Below are positions 1 to 8,206 of a stretch of DNA of 64,000 nt, piece by piece (the first letter of the stretch is position 1; each line of letters opens with the position of its first letter). The stretch is taken from contig CAMDCX010000006.1 of the NCBI GenBank assembly GCA_945890715.1, positions 3,497-67,496 of the forward strand, given 5' to 3'. A model generated the notes under the pieces. The model saw only the letters and a program-made list of their open reading frames with translations, had not been told where the DNA came from and did not search any database. This DNA is from PVC group bacterium (lineage in GTDB: Bacteria; Verrucomicrobiota; Kiritimatiellia; CAIKKV01; CAITUY01). Made by a program: the position numbers and the translations under genes.

Positions 1-106
1 GGAGAAATACCCGGGATTTGAAACGATCACCCCATTTCTCAAGCAACACGCGAATCCGGTCGTTCTCTACAAGATCCACGCCGGTTCCAATGACGCTATC
101 ACCCAT
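1..106 (-). CDS. acpS: holo-ACP synthase (4'-phosphopantetheinyl transferase), N-terminal fragment running off the window
   Basis: Minus-strand translation from the ATG at 104-106 reads MGDSVIGTGVDLVENDRIRVLLEKWGDRFKSRVF, an AcpS-like N-terminus (GxGxDxxE..RI). The start overlaps the pdxJ stop (TAATG). pdxJ-acpS is a known conserved gene pair. Confidence 0.6.
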   Translation of the reverse strand, partial: MGDSVIGTGVDLVENDRIRVLLEKWGDRFKSRVFL

Positions 107-849
107 TATGGTTTTCCTCCGCGATACGCACGCATGGCGTCCAGCATCTCCCGAACGGCCCGGTTCAATCCCGTAAACACCGCATTACAGATGATGCTGT
201 GTCCGATATTAAGCGTATGCAAGTGCGGGATTTCAAGAATGCCTGCCGCATTTTCAAGGTTGATACCATGACCGGCGTTCACCGTGAGCCCCAGGGTATG
301 GGCGAGCCGCGCGCCAACGCACAGGCGGGCGAGTTCTTTCCGGGCGGCCGAGCCCTTGAGATCGCAGTAGGTTCCGGTGTGAAGTTCGATCACCGGCGCG
401 CCGAGACGGGCGGCGGCTTCAATTTGGCGGGGGTGGGCTTCTATGAACAGGCTGACTTCGATTCCGGCCGCCTGTAATTTTTTAATCGTGGGGCGCAGTT
501 GACGTTCCTGCCCCGCCGCGTCCAGCCCCCCCTCTGTGGTCAACTCTTGTCGTCGTTCGGGAACCAGGCAGACCTCGTCCGGCTTGACCTTTAGCGCCAC
601 GGACAGGATATCCGGGTTGTTGGCCATTTCGAGGTTAAGCCGGGTTTTAATGGCTTTTCTCAGGGCAACAACATCCCGATCCTGGATATGGCGGCGATCC
701 TCGCGGAGGTGCACGGTGATCCCTCCGGCTCCGGCGGCCTCACACACGCGAGCCGCCTGAACCATATCGGGATAAGCGGTGCCCCGTACCTGCCGAAGCG
801 TCGCCACATGATCGATGTTCACACCCAGTCGAAGTTGGTTCGTTTTCAT
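106..849 (-). CDS. pdxJ: pyridoxine 5'-phosphate synthase
   Basis: LGVNIDHVATLRQVRGTAYPD and ITVHLREDRRHIQDRDV closely match the PdxJ signature. Start placed at MKTNQ (849), directly after the upstream stop. Confidence 0.9.
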   Translation of the reverse strand: MKTNQLRLGVNIDHVATLRQVRGTAYPDMVQAARVCEAAGAGGITVHLREDRRHIQDRDVVALRKAIKTRLNLEMANNPDILSVALKVKPDEVCLVPERRQELTTEGGLDAAGQERQLRPTIKKLQAAGIEVSLFIEAHPRQIEAAARLGAPVIELHTGTYCDLKGSAARKELARLCVGARLAHTLGLTVNAGHGINLENAAGILEIPHLHTLNIGHSIICNAVFTGLNRAVREMLDAMRAYRGGKP

Positions 850-1508
850 AATGATTGGAATATCACGTTGCATTTCGGAAGCGCTTTCCGAATGCGTTGT
901 TTTTCCGCATCCGGAATCGGATTCCCCATAAGATAAAGGATTTTAAGGTTTTGCGCCAGTCCGCTGAGATCCTCAGGCAGGGCGGTCAGGCGGTTCTGGT
1001 TGAGTCGAAGCCAGGTCAGGTTGGATAACCGGCCCAGGGAATCGGGCAGAGCCGTGATCCGGTTGCGATCCAGATTCAGGTAGGCCAATTTCGATAACTG
1101 TCCCAGCTCAGCCGGAAGTGAGGTGAGGCGGTTATCGTTGAGCCAGAGCCGGGTCAGGTTTGAAAGACAGCCCACCGCTGGAGTGAGGTTGGTCAGGCTG
1201 GATTCTCCCGCATCCAGGCTGGAAAGGCTTGAAAGCTCTCTAATTTCTTCCGGGAGGGCACCGATCCGACAGGTGCGCAGGGTGAGGTTTTTTAAATTCT
1301 TCAGCTTCAGGATATCTCCGGGAAACGAGGGAAGGCGGCGATAAAATAAATCCAGTTCGAGGATTTCATCCGGCGCCACCATGGCTTCCTCCAGGGTGGT
1401 GGCCCGTTGAGGATCCCGCAGCGGGGGGGGCGGTTCCGGAGAACATCCAGCGAGCAGGGCGGCTCCCCCCAGTACCACGCACAACATGAGTATGGTGTTG
1501 ATGTTCAT
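846..1508 (-). CDS. leucine-rich-repeat lipoprotein
   Basis: Signal peptide with lipobox LLAGC, followed by about 7 tandem LxxLxxLxLxxNxLxxLP repeats. Confidence 0.75.
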   Translation of the reverse strand: MNINTILMLCVVLGGAALLAGCSPEPPPPLRDPQRATTLEEAMVAPDEILELDLFYRRLPSFPGDILKLKNLKNLTLRTCRIGALPEEIRELSSLSSLDAGESSLTNLTPAVGCLSNLTRLWLNDNRLTSLPAELGQLSKLAYLNLDRNRITALPDSLGRLSNLTWLRLNQNRLTALPEDLSGLAQNLKILYLMGNPIPDAEKQRIRKALPKCNVIFQSL

Positions 1509-1512
1509 CCGG

Positions 1513-2256
1513 TCAGGAATGGTGCCGTCTAAGAGGGGGGGAAGTCAACTCTCCGCTCCAGATGGAGAGGCGGGTTGACTCAGGGGTTTGGAGCAACAGT
1601 TCCCCATCCTCGCCGAATCCCGCCAGGATCCCCTCGCGATAAGTCTCGCCATCGCGGAGACGAATCGGTTTACCCAGATTCAAGGCCCGGGCTTCCCAGC
1701 TTTCCCGGATTCCGGAAAAGCCACGGTTCTCCCATGCGACGAGGGGCGGGCGAAGCCTTTCCAGGAGACTCAAAAGGAGTGATTCGCGATCATAGGGTTT
1801 GCCAGACTCGAGTCGCATGGATGTGGCGGGCTGGTCAATGTGAGCCGTCTTATCCATATTTACATTGAGGCCAATCCCGATCATGACGCCGCCAGAAACC
1901 ACTTCGGAAAGGATTCCGCAGATTTTTTTCCCATTGACCAAAACGTCATTGGGCCATTTGAGGGAGGCTTGCAATCCCTCGCATTCCAGAAAGTCGGCGA
2001 CCGCCACGGCGGCAGCCATGGCGGCGGAAGGGAGTCGGTGAGGGGCGATTCCGGTTCTGAGGTACAGCGAGAAGGTTAGATTTTCGTCCTTCCCAGAAAC
2101 CCAAACGCGATCGAACCGACCCCGACCCCCTGTTTGTTCACGGGAAGCAATCACGGTGCCCGATGGCAAGCCGGGCATCGTTTCGGCAAGTTCCCGCAAG
2201 GTGGTGTTCGTGGAAGACACGCGATCATGCCAGATGATGTTGAATTGGAGTTTCAT
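1513..2256 (-). CDS. birA: biotin--[acetyl-CoA-carboxylase] ligase, class I (no DNA-binding domain)
   Basis: GGRGRFDRVW and KWPNDVLVNGKKICGIL biotin protein ligase motifs. Only 247 aa, beginning directly with the catalytic domain. Confidence 0.85.
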   Translation of the reverse strand: MKLQFNIIWHDRVSSTNTTLRELAETMPGLPSGTVIASREQTGGRGRFDRVWVSGKDENLTFSLYLRTGIAPHRLPSAAMAAAVAVADFLECEGLQASLKWPNDVLVNGKKICGILSEVVSGGVMIGIGLNVNMDKTAHIDQPATSMRLESGKPYDRESLLLSLLERLRPPLVAWENRGFSGIRESWEARALNLGKPIRLRDGETYREGILAGFGEDGELLLQTPESTRLSIWSGELTSPPLRRHHS

Positions 2257-2316
2257 ATCGACCAGGGGCGTTTTTACTCGATTACGTGATTGAGATCACC
2301 TATTAATTCAAAGCTT

Positions 2317-2874
2317 ATGTCGTTGCTGCAAATCATTCTGATTGCGTTTGCTCTGGCCTTGGATGCGTTTGCCGTATCCGTGGCGGCAGGCTTCTCCATT
2401 CCCAAGGTGCGTGTTCGGCATGCCGTCACCTATGCCGCTTGGTTCGGCGGATTCCAGGCGGTCATGCCGCTGGCAGGGTGGTGTGGCGGAAGAACCCTGG
2501 CGCGGTATATCAGTGAAGTGGATCATTGGATCGCCTTTGGGCTTCTGGCTCTGGTTGGCGGAAAGATGATTTATGAATCGTTCCGGATTGAGGAACAAGA
2601 AAAACCGAAGGATCCGCTGGATGTAAAAATGCTTTTCCTGCTGGCGGTTGCCACCAGTATCGATGCCTTTGCTGTCGGGCTCAGTTTCGCATTGCTGAAT
2701 GTGACGGTGTTCCTGCCCGTTTTAATTATCGGGGTGGTGACCTTCGGCATGTCCTATGCCGGAGTCTATCTGGGGGCAAAGGGTAGCCATTTCTTTGAGC
2801 GGAAGATTGAGGTAGTGGGCGGATTGATCCTGATTGCCATCGGAATCAAGATCCTGTGGAGCCACCTGATCTGA
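2317..2874 (+). CDS. mntP: manganese efflux pump MntP family
   Basis: Duplicated LALDAFAVS / SIDAFAVG motifs and six hydrophobic segments. Start moved to the ATG at 2317 (MSLLQIILIAF). Confidence 0.8.
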   Translation: MSLLQIILIAFALALDAFAVSVAAGFSIPKVRVRHAVTYAAWFGGFQAVMPLAGWCGGRTLARYISEVDHWIAFGLLALVGGKMIYESFRIEEQEKPKDPLDVKMLFLLAVATSIDAFAVGLSFALLNVTVFLPVLIIGVVTFGMSYAGVYLGAKGSHFFERKIEVVGGLILIAIGIKILWSHLI

Positions 2875-2899
2875 TTCTGACGGTGACGGGACTGTTGAA

Positions 2900-3739
2900 T
2901 TACCGCAGTCCCAGGCGCTTCAACCAGCTAATAAAATCCCTTGGAAGCGGAGCCTCGGTTCGAATTTTCTGGCTGGAAATGGGCGATGTGAAGGTCAGGC
3001 TGGCGGCGTGGAGCATCTGTCGCTCAATGGTTCGGAATTCCTCGGGGATGGCGCCCCGGCTGGCGTAGGTCCGGTCGCCCAGAACGGGATGCCCGATGTA
3101 GGCAAGATGTTTCCGGATCTGATGGGTACGTCCGGTTTCAATTTTCACCTTGAGGTGACTGGCCCCGGGGTTGCTGGCGACGCAATGGAGATGCGTTACC
3201 GCCGCTTCGCCTTCCAGCGCATATTCAATCTGGCGCTCGCGTTCCTTGATCTGGCCGGCGGCCAGGGCATGGTAAACCTTGGAGATCTTCTGTGCCTTGA
3301 ACAACTCAACCGCCTTGTCAAAGGCGTCCTTTGACCGGGCAATCAGAATGCAGCCGGAGGTGTCGCGATCCAGCCGGTGGACGGCCTGGAGATTGGGCTG
3401 ATTCAGCATTGCGCGCAGGTCCGCTTCAAGACTGTCGGGTCCGTTGGAGAGGCGTCCGGGTGCCTTGTTGATGACCAGATAATCGTTATCCTGAAACAAA
3501 ATGATGGGGGTAGGGGGAGTTTTTCGCTTGGCGGAGCCGCCTGGCACGATGACTTCCACGACATCTCCCTTTGCCAGAGTATGCTTAGTCATCCAAATCC
3601 GGCGTCCATTCACGAAGGCCAGCCTCTGATCGAGGATGTCCTTGGCCTTGTTCCGGGAAAGATTCAGTTGCCGTGCCAGAAAATCCTGAAGAGGCATTCC
3701 CGACTGTTCCGGCCTGACCTGATGTCGTTGTGATTGCAT
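2900..3739 (-). CDS. RluA-family 23S rRNA/tRNA pseudouridine synthase with N-terminal S4 domain
   Basis: S4-like N-terminus (LQDFLARQLNLSRNKAKDIL) and catalytic motif HRLDRDTSGCILIA. Confidence 0.85.
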   Translation of the reverse strand: MQSQRHQVRPEQSGMPLQDFLARQLNLSRNKAKDILDQRLAFVNGRRIWMTKHTLAKGDVVEVIVPGGSAKRKTPPTPIILFQDNDYLVINKAPGRLSNGPDSLEADLRAMLNQPNLQAVHRLDRDTSGCILIARSKDAFDKAVELFKAQKISKVYHALAAGQIKERERQIEYALEGEAAVTHLHCVASNPGASHLKVKIETGRTHQIRKHLAYIGHPVLGDRTYASRGAIPEEFRTIERQMLHAASLTFTSPISSQKIRTEAPLPRDFISWLKRLGLR

Positions 3740-3795
3740 GGGCGGAATTATGGGGTGGCGACAGCCGGGTGTCGAGTATCGAGTGATGGGTGGTG

Positions 3796-4364
3796 CATGG
3801 CAGTTCTGCGGGGTGGCCTATCCCCTCCTCATCGTAATCGTAATCCTAATCGTAATCGATTTTCTTGTCATGAACTGCTGACGACGCTAACGTCTTCCGC
3901 CATGAAAACAACCTTTGATCACGAGCGGCTCGACGTTTATCGAGAGGCGATTGCTTTTGTAGCCTGGGCTGATGAACTTTTGGAACGTATTCCCAGAAAC
4001 CTTGCGGCACATAACCAATTAGACAGAGCTTCGACGTCCATCCCGCTGAACATTGCAGAAGGTAACGGCAAGTATACGGCGGCAGATCGTTGTCGTTATT
4101 TTGATATTGCGCGTGGCTCTGCATTGGAGTGTGCCGCTTGTCTGGACGTGCTCGTCACAAGAAAACAACTCATGGATGCCGACGACGGCAAGTCGATTTT
4201 GGCAAGAATTGTATCCATGCTCGTGGGGCTCATTCGCAGCACTTCGCCAAGCCGCATCCATGAGGCTCCAGCGACCTACTGTACAGGCAGCATGGATCCA
4301 GCCGATTAGGATTACGATTACGATTAGGATTACGATTAAAAGGAACCCCCGCAGAACTGCAATG
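3796..4364. mobile_element. IVS-like hairpin cassette carrying a four-helix-bundle gene, flanked by 13-bp direct repeats
   Basis: Direct repeat GTGATGGGTGGTG at 3783-3795 and 4370-4382. Terminal inverted repeat 3796-3813 versus 4347-4364 (17/18). Hexamer-repeat arms 3831-3859 and 4304-4337 with a 23-nt perfect complement (3836-3858 versus 4315-4337). Confidence 0.5.
3902..4309 (+). CDS. four-helix-bundle protein (23S rRNA intervening-sequence protein / Avd-like family)
   Basis: DHERLDVYREAIAFV, QLDRASTSIPLNIAEGNGK and FDIARGSALECAACLDVL are typical of this family. Start set at MKTTF. The ORF-track N-terminal extension only reads through the repeat arm (HRNRNPNRNR). Confidence 0.8.
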   Translation: MKTTFDHERLDVYREAIAFVAWADELLERIPRNLAAHNQLDRASTSIPLNIAEGNGKYTAADRCRYFDIARGSALECAACLDVLVTRKQLMDADDGKSILARIVSMLVGLIRSTSPSRIHEAPATYCTGSMDPAD

Positions 4365-4458
4365 AACCCGTGATGGGTGGTGAGACGCAAAGAAACTTGA
4401 TTGAAGCCGTGGGAATTATACACTGGCCTGCATAAAAAGTTTTTAAAGGAGGTTTTTC

Positions 4459-5199
4459 ATGAGCACGGTAAAAAAATGGAATCGGGCAATTTTGGTGGGC
4501 GTTGTAGGAGTTCTTTGTTTCGGGGGCGCTTTGGCGGCATCGGCTGGAGGAAATGAGCGGATTGCCATTTTGTTGGATCCCGGGAACAATGACCGGGAAA
4601 ATCGCCAGATGGGCTCGCGAATGGAACGGGATTTAAAAAATGTGCTCGATAAGCGGGGAAATTATGATTCCCGGATTCTTCGGTCCCGTGATGAATTCAA
4701 GCCCGGGGAGGGCGAATACCTGCTCTCAGTCCGGATCGTCCGGTACAACTCTGGCAGTAAGGCGGCCCGCATCATTGTCGGGTTCGGCGCGGGTTCGTGT
4801 TCGTTGGACATTCATTATGAATTATTCGGACCAAACGGAAACATGCTGCTGTCCAAGGATGACGGGTGTGGATCCAGTCTCGACTGGCAGCGTCTGGCTC
4901 GAAAGTTGAATGAGACCATGTTGGCGGCCATTCAGGCGCGCCTGCGGGCGGGCAATCTGGATGCCACGGTGGCACCGGCCCTGATAGCACCCGTCATGCC
5001 GGTTCAGGCGGTCGCTCCGGTTGTCGCCCCGGCACCTGCTCCTGTGGTGGCGCCTGCACCCGCTCCGGTATCCGCCCCGGTCGCGGTTGCCGGTGATTCC
5101 GTGAATCAACTTCGCCAATTGGATGCCATGAAGAAACAACGGCTGATTTCCGAGAGCGAGTACAAGCAGAAGCGCAAGCAGATCCTTGACCGGTTATAG
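4459..5199 (+). CDS. secreted or membrane-anchored protein with Pro/Ala-rich linker and C-terminal SHOCT-like motif
   Basis: Strong RBS (AAAGGAGG) and an N-terminal hydrophobic signal. It has an (AP/VAP)n low-complexity stretch. The C-terminus SESEYKQKRKQILDRL resembles the SHOCT motif. Confidence 0.6.
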   Translation: MSTVKKWNRAILVGVVGVLCFGGALAASAGGNERIAILLDPGNNDRENRQMGSRMERDLKNVLDKRGNYDSRILRSRDEFKPGEGEYLLSVRIVRYNSGSKAARIIVGFGAGSCSLDIHYELFGPNGNMLLSKDDGCGSSLDWQRLARKLNETMLAAIQARLRAGNLDATVAPALIAPVMPVQAVAPVVAPAPAPVVAPAPAPVSAPVAVAGDSVNQLRQLDAMKKQRLISESEYKQKRKQILDRL

Positions 5200-5244
5200 C
5201 GTTCGACTTTTCCGGAAAGCATTGAAAGGCCTGTTATTATTTCC

Positions 5245-5910
5245 ATGAAATCATCCCGGAATCGGAAATTCGGCATATTTGTCACGGGCACCGATACCGG
5301 CGTTGGAAAGACCGTGGTCGCTTCCAGTCTGGTATCGCGCTTCCGGGCGGGTGGGGTGGATGCGGTTCCCATGAAGCCGGTTCAAACCGGATGCCGCTTG
5401 GCTCAGGGGCGGCCGATGGCGCCTGATCTTGCATTCTGTTTGAATGCCGCCGGACTCAAGCCCGGCAGGCGTGACATGGCCGATATGGCTCCCTATCGTT
5501 TAGCTCCGGCCTGTTCGCCCCATTTGGCAGCAAAGGAGGCCGGTGTGCGCGTCTCCCTGCCGGTCATTGAGCGCGCGTTCCGTCGATTGAGTCGGGCTCA
5601 TGAAGTGGTGGTCGTGGAGGGAGCCGGGGGAGTTCTCGTGCCGCTCAATGACCGGAACACCATGCTGGATCTGATGATCCGGTTGGGGCTTCCCGTGCTT
5701 CTGGTGGCCAGGCCCGGATTGGGAACTCTCAATCATACCCTGCTTTCCCTGCAGGCGCTTCACGGGGCCGGGCTTACGGTGCTGGGTGTGATTTTGAATC
5801 AGGCGACGCCCGGTCGATGGGGTCGGATTGAAGATGATAATGTTCGTACGATTGAGCGTCTTGGTGGAGTAAAGGTGCTGGAGTGCGTGCGGTACGGAGA
5901 AACGCTTTAG
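5245..5910 (+). CDS. bioD: dethiobiotin synthase
   Basis: FVTGTDTGVGKTVV P-loop typical of BioD. Length is about 220 aa. Confidence 0.85.
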   Translation: MKSSRNRKFGIFVTGTDTGVGKTVVASSLVSRFRAGGVDAVPMKPVQTGCRLAQGRPMAPDLAFCLNAAGLKPGRRDMADMAPYRLAPACSPHLAAKEAGVRVSLPVIERAFRRLSRAHEVVVVEGAGGVLVPLNDRNTMLDLMIRLGLPVLLVARPGLGTLNHTLLSLQALHGAGLTVLGVILNQATPGRWGRIEDDNVRTIERLGGVKVLECVRYGETL

Positions 5911-7034
5911 TTCGTTTCCGTCATCTCTTCCACCCGGATTCCCGGCGGAATCTGAATGGTCACCTCGCCATCCAATTCAGAGAAATGGCCATTCGGCTTG
6001 CAGCTGAAATTCAGGACCCAGGCTTCGTTGGTCTTGATCCATAAGGCGGAATGCCGGATACGGCTCCAAGGCCAGCCGAATCCCTGAGCCTCACCCGTGA
6101 TGACAATCCGATTCTGAAGGGCAGGATTTGACTTCAGGGTCACACGGCACTGGCGGACATCAATCCGGAGCGCCGGAGTGCCTGCGGGGCTTTGCATGTC
6201 ATGTTTGATTTCCACGAAGGCCGGAGTTCCGAACAGAATGGCCGCCAGCATGGCGATCGCGAGGGGCGGCGCGATCCAGACCAACCAGCGGGATTGCAGG
6301 ATCGCATGTCCTGGGCCCTGTTCGGGATTGTCTTCTGTTTGAGGGATCCTGAGGACAAAGTAATACAGCCCCCAGGCGATTACACTGGGAAAGACAGCCG
6401 ACCACAAGACATCGGAGGTGAAATGGGCGCCAGCCGCCATCCGGGCCACTCCGATGAGGGTTCCATACAGGGCGGTTCCCGCCAAGGCGGCGATGGCCAG
6501 TCCTTTGTGGTGACGGCGGGCCAGGAAATAGAAGACGATGAAGTAATACCCCATGGAACTATGGCCGCAGGGGAATGATTTGCCCCGTCCGGCGAGACCC
6601 TTTTCGTAAAAGCACTGGTAGGTCATGGTTCCGCCAAGTTCAGTGACCTGACGGGGCCGGGGCCGCCCCCAATGATCCTTGAAGAGGGTATTGACGAACA
6701 GACCGGGGCCCAGGGCCATGGTGAGGAATATCAGGGCGGCGTGTCGGCGCCACCGAACGAGAGCCGGTTTTTTCAGCGCCGCGACCAGGACTCCCAGGGC
6801 AGTCAGGGCGGTCAGCAGGGCGGGCCAGGGACCGAAGGTGTAGAGGAATCGCCAGAAGGTATCAAATTCATGTGGCCAGACCCGTTCCGCCCCGGGATGG
6901 TAAAACAGGGACAGAAGCCTGAGATCCAGTGTCGGGGTCAGGAACGGAACCGTGGCGACCGCTGTCAGGAGACAAATCCACAGCAGGTCGGGAAGCCAGA
7001 GAGAACGATTGATTGGAACGGATGGATTAGTCAC
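5907..7034 (-). CDS. PAP2-family membrane phosphatase with extra C-terminal domain
   Basis: The three PAP2 motifs KDHWGRPRP, PCGHSS and GAHFTSDV, multiple TM segments, and about 100 additional C-terminal residues. Confidence 0.75.
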   Translation of the reverse strand: MTNPSVPINRSLWLPDLLWICLLTAVATVPFLTPTLDLRLLSLFYHPGAERVWPHEFDTFWRFLYTFGPWPALLTALTALGVLVAALKKPALVRWRRHAALIFLTMALGPGLFVNTLFKDHWGRPRPRQVTELGGTMTYQCFYEKGLAGRGKSFPCGHSSMGYYFIVFYFLARRHHKGLAIAALAGTALYGTLIGVARMAAGAHFTSDVLWSAVFPSVIAWGLYYFVLRIPQTEDNPEQGPGHAILQSRWLVWIAPPLAIAMLAAILFGTPAFVEIKHDMQSPAGTPALRIDVRQCRVTLKSNPALQNRIVITGEAQGFGWPWSRIRHSALWIKTNEAWVLNFSCKPNGHFSELDGEVTIQIPPGIRVEEMTETN

Positions 7035-8136
7035 AACGTTTAATCAGGATTAACCCGAGCCCAATTGACACGACCGCTGGAATCCAGACGATCAGATGGG
7101 GTTGAGTCCAGGGGTGTTTAATGAGGGTTTCCGCCGCAATAATGAAAAGATAGAACAGGAAGATCAGGCCGAGACTGATTCCGATTCCCACGGTGGTTTC
7201 CTGCCGGTGTGTTTTGGTGGCCAGCGGGGCGCCGAGCAGAACAAACGCAAAGCAGGCAACCGCCAGGACGATGCGCTTGTGAAATTCGACCCGCAGCGAC
7301 ATATCCTGCTGTTCGAGAGCGGTCGCATCAAGCTCCGGATAAAGCTGTTTGATCCGGTGCCGGGCATCCATGATCTCAAGCAGAGTCATATCACTTTTCT
7401 TTTTCACGCCGCCGGCAGACTCGGTACCGGTGAGGCGGCTCAGGTCAATCACGTAAGGAAAATGACTGGCCGTTCCCGGTCCGGGGCGATCCTCGTAAAA
7501 GGGGTCGATACGAACCTCATAAAGGTCAACCAGCAGACCCGACTTGTCGGCGGTCGGGGAGATGGTTCCGCGCTGGGCCCGGATGGTTCGTGATGCGGAC
7601 CCTTTCTGGTTCTGATAGATCAGCACATCCTCGATGTTCTGCCCCCGTTTCGAGCCGACATAAAAGGTGATGCCTGGAAAATCGCGGATGGGGCGACCCT
7701 CCTCGATCAATTGCAGGGGGGATTCAATTCCGAGCTGACGCAAAGCTTCCCGCCTGGCGTGATAGCTTGTGGGGATCAGCTCGGCATTTAGGTAAAGGCA
7801 GACGGAGGACATCAGGAGTGCAAAGAGAATGGGGGCGGCCATGATCTGAAGCATACGAATGCCGCTTCCCTTCATGGCCGTGATTTCACCGTTGGCGGAA
7901 AGTTTGCCAAAGGTCAGGAGCGCCGCCGTGATGATGCTGACGGGAATGGAAAAGCCGAAGGCAGAAGGCAGCCCAGCCAGGAATATCTTGGTGATCAACG
8001 TGAGGGAGCCGCCTGCGGCAATGGCGTCGGTAATTCGAAAAAGCACCATTACGCACATGACGAAAGTCAGCACAAGCAGGGTCATCCCAAAGGTGACCAG
8101 ATAACTGTCCCTGACATATCGTGAAACAATGCGCAA
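7027..8136 (-). CDS. LptF/LptG-family (YjgP/YjgQ) LPS export permease
   Basis: N-terminus MRIVSRYVRDSYLVTF, a 3+3 TM architecture with a large central periplasmic loop, and a size of about 370 aa. Confidence 0.75.
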   Translation of the reverse strand: MRIVSRYVRDSYLVTFGMTLLVLTFVMCVMVLFRITDAIAAGGSLTLITKIFLAGLPSAFGFSIPVSIITAALLTFGKLSANGEITAMKGSGIRMLQIMAAPILFALLMSSVCLYLNAELIPTSYHARREALRQLGIESPLQLIEEGRPIRDFPGITFYVGSKRGQNIEDVLIYQNQKGSASRTIRAQRGTISPTADKSGLLVDLYEVRIDPFYEDRPGPGTASHFPYVIDLSRLTGTESAGGVKKKSDMTLLEIMDARHRIKQLYPELDATALEQQDMSLRVEFHKRIVLAVACFAFVLLGAPLATKTHRQETTVGIGISLGLIFLFYLFIIAAETLIKHPWTQPHLIVWIPAVVSIGLGLILIKRCD

Positions 8137-8206
8137 TGACGTTCTCCCGAAAAAACAAGTCCCGTTCTTATACTGGGCAGGGGGTGGAATGGCAAGGAGA
8201 GAAGCG

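Noticed and set aside
2257-2316. Possible yybP-ykoY manganese riboswitch upstream of mntP.
   Set aside because: Only about 60 nt separate birA and mntP. That is too short for the four-way-junction riboswitch, and I saw none of its conserved segments.
3831-3859. Short tandem hexamer repeats (and heptamer repeats at 16221-16253) considered as a possible CRISPR or VNTR.
   Set aside because: The repeat units are 6-7 nt with no spacers, and each tract has a complementary partner tract. They are arms of hairpin elements, not CRISPR arrays.
3902-4309. Avd-like four-helix-bundle gene as part of a diversity-generating retroelement.
   Set aside because: No reverse transcriptase gene and no template/variable repeat pair with adenine-specific differences are visible within the window.
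4975-5090. Pro/Ala-rich repetitive coding stretch (APAPVVAPAPAPV) as a possible repeat element.
   Set aside because: It is in frame within a supported ORF and behaves as a low-complexity linker between two domains. It is not an independent DNA element.
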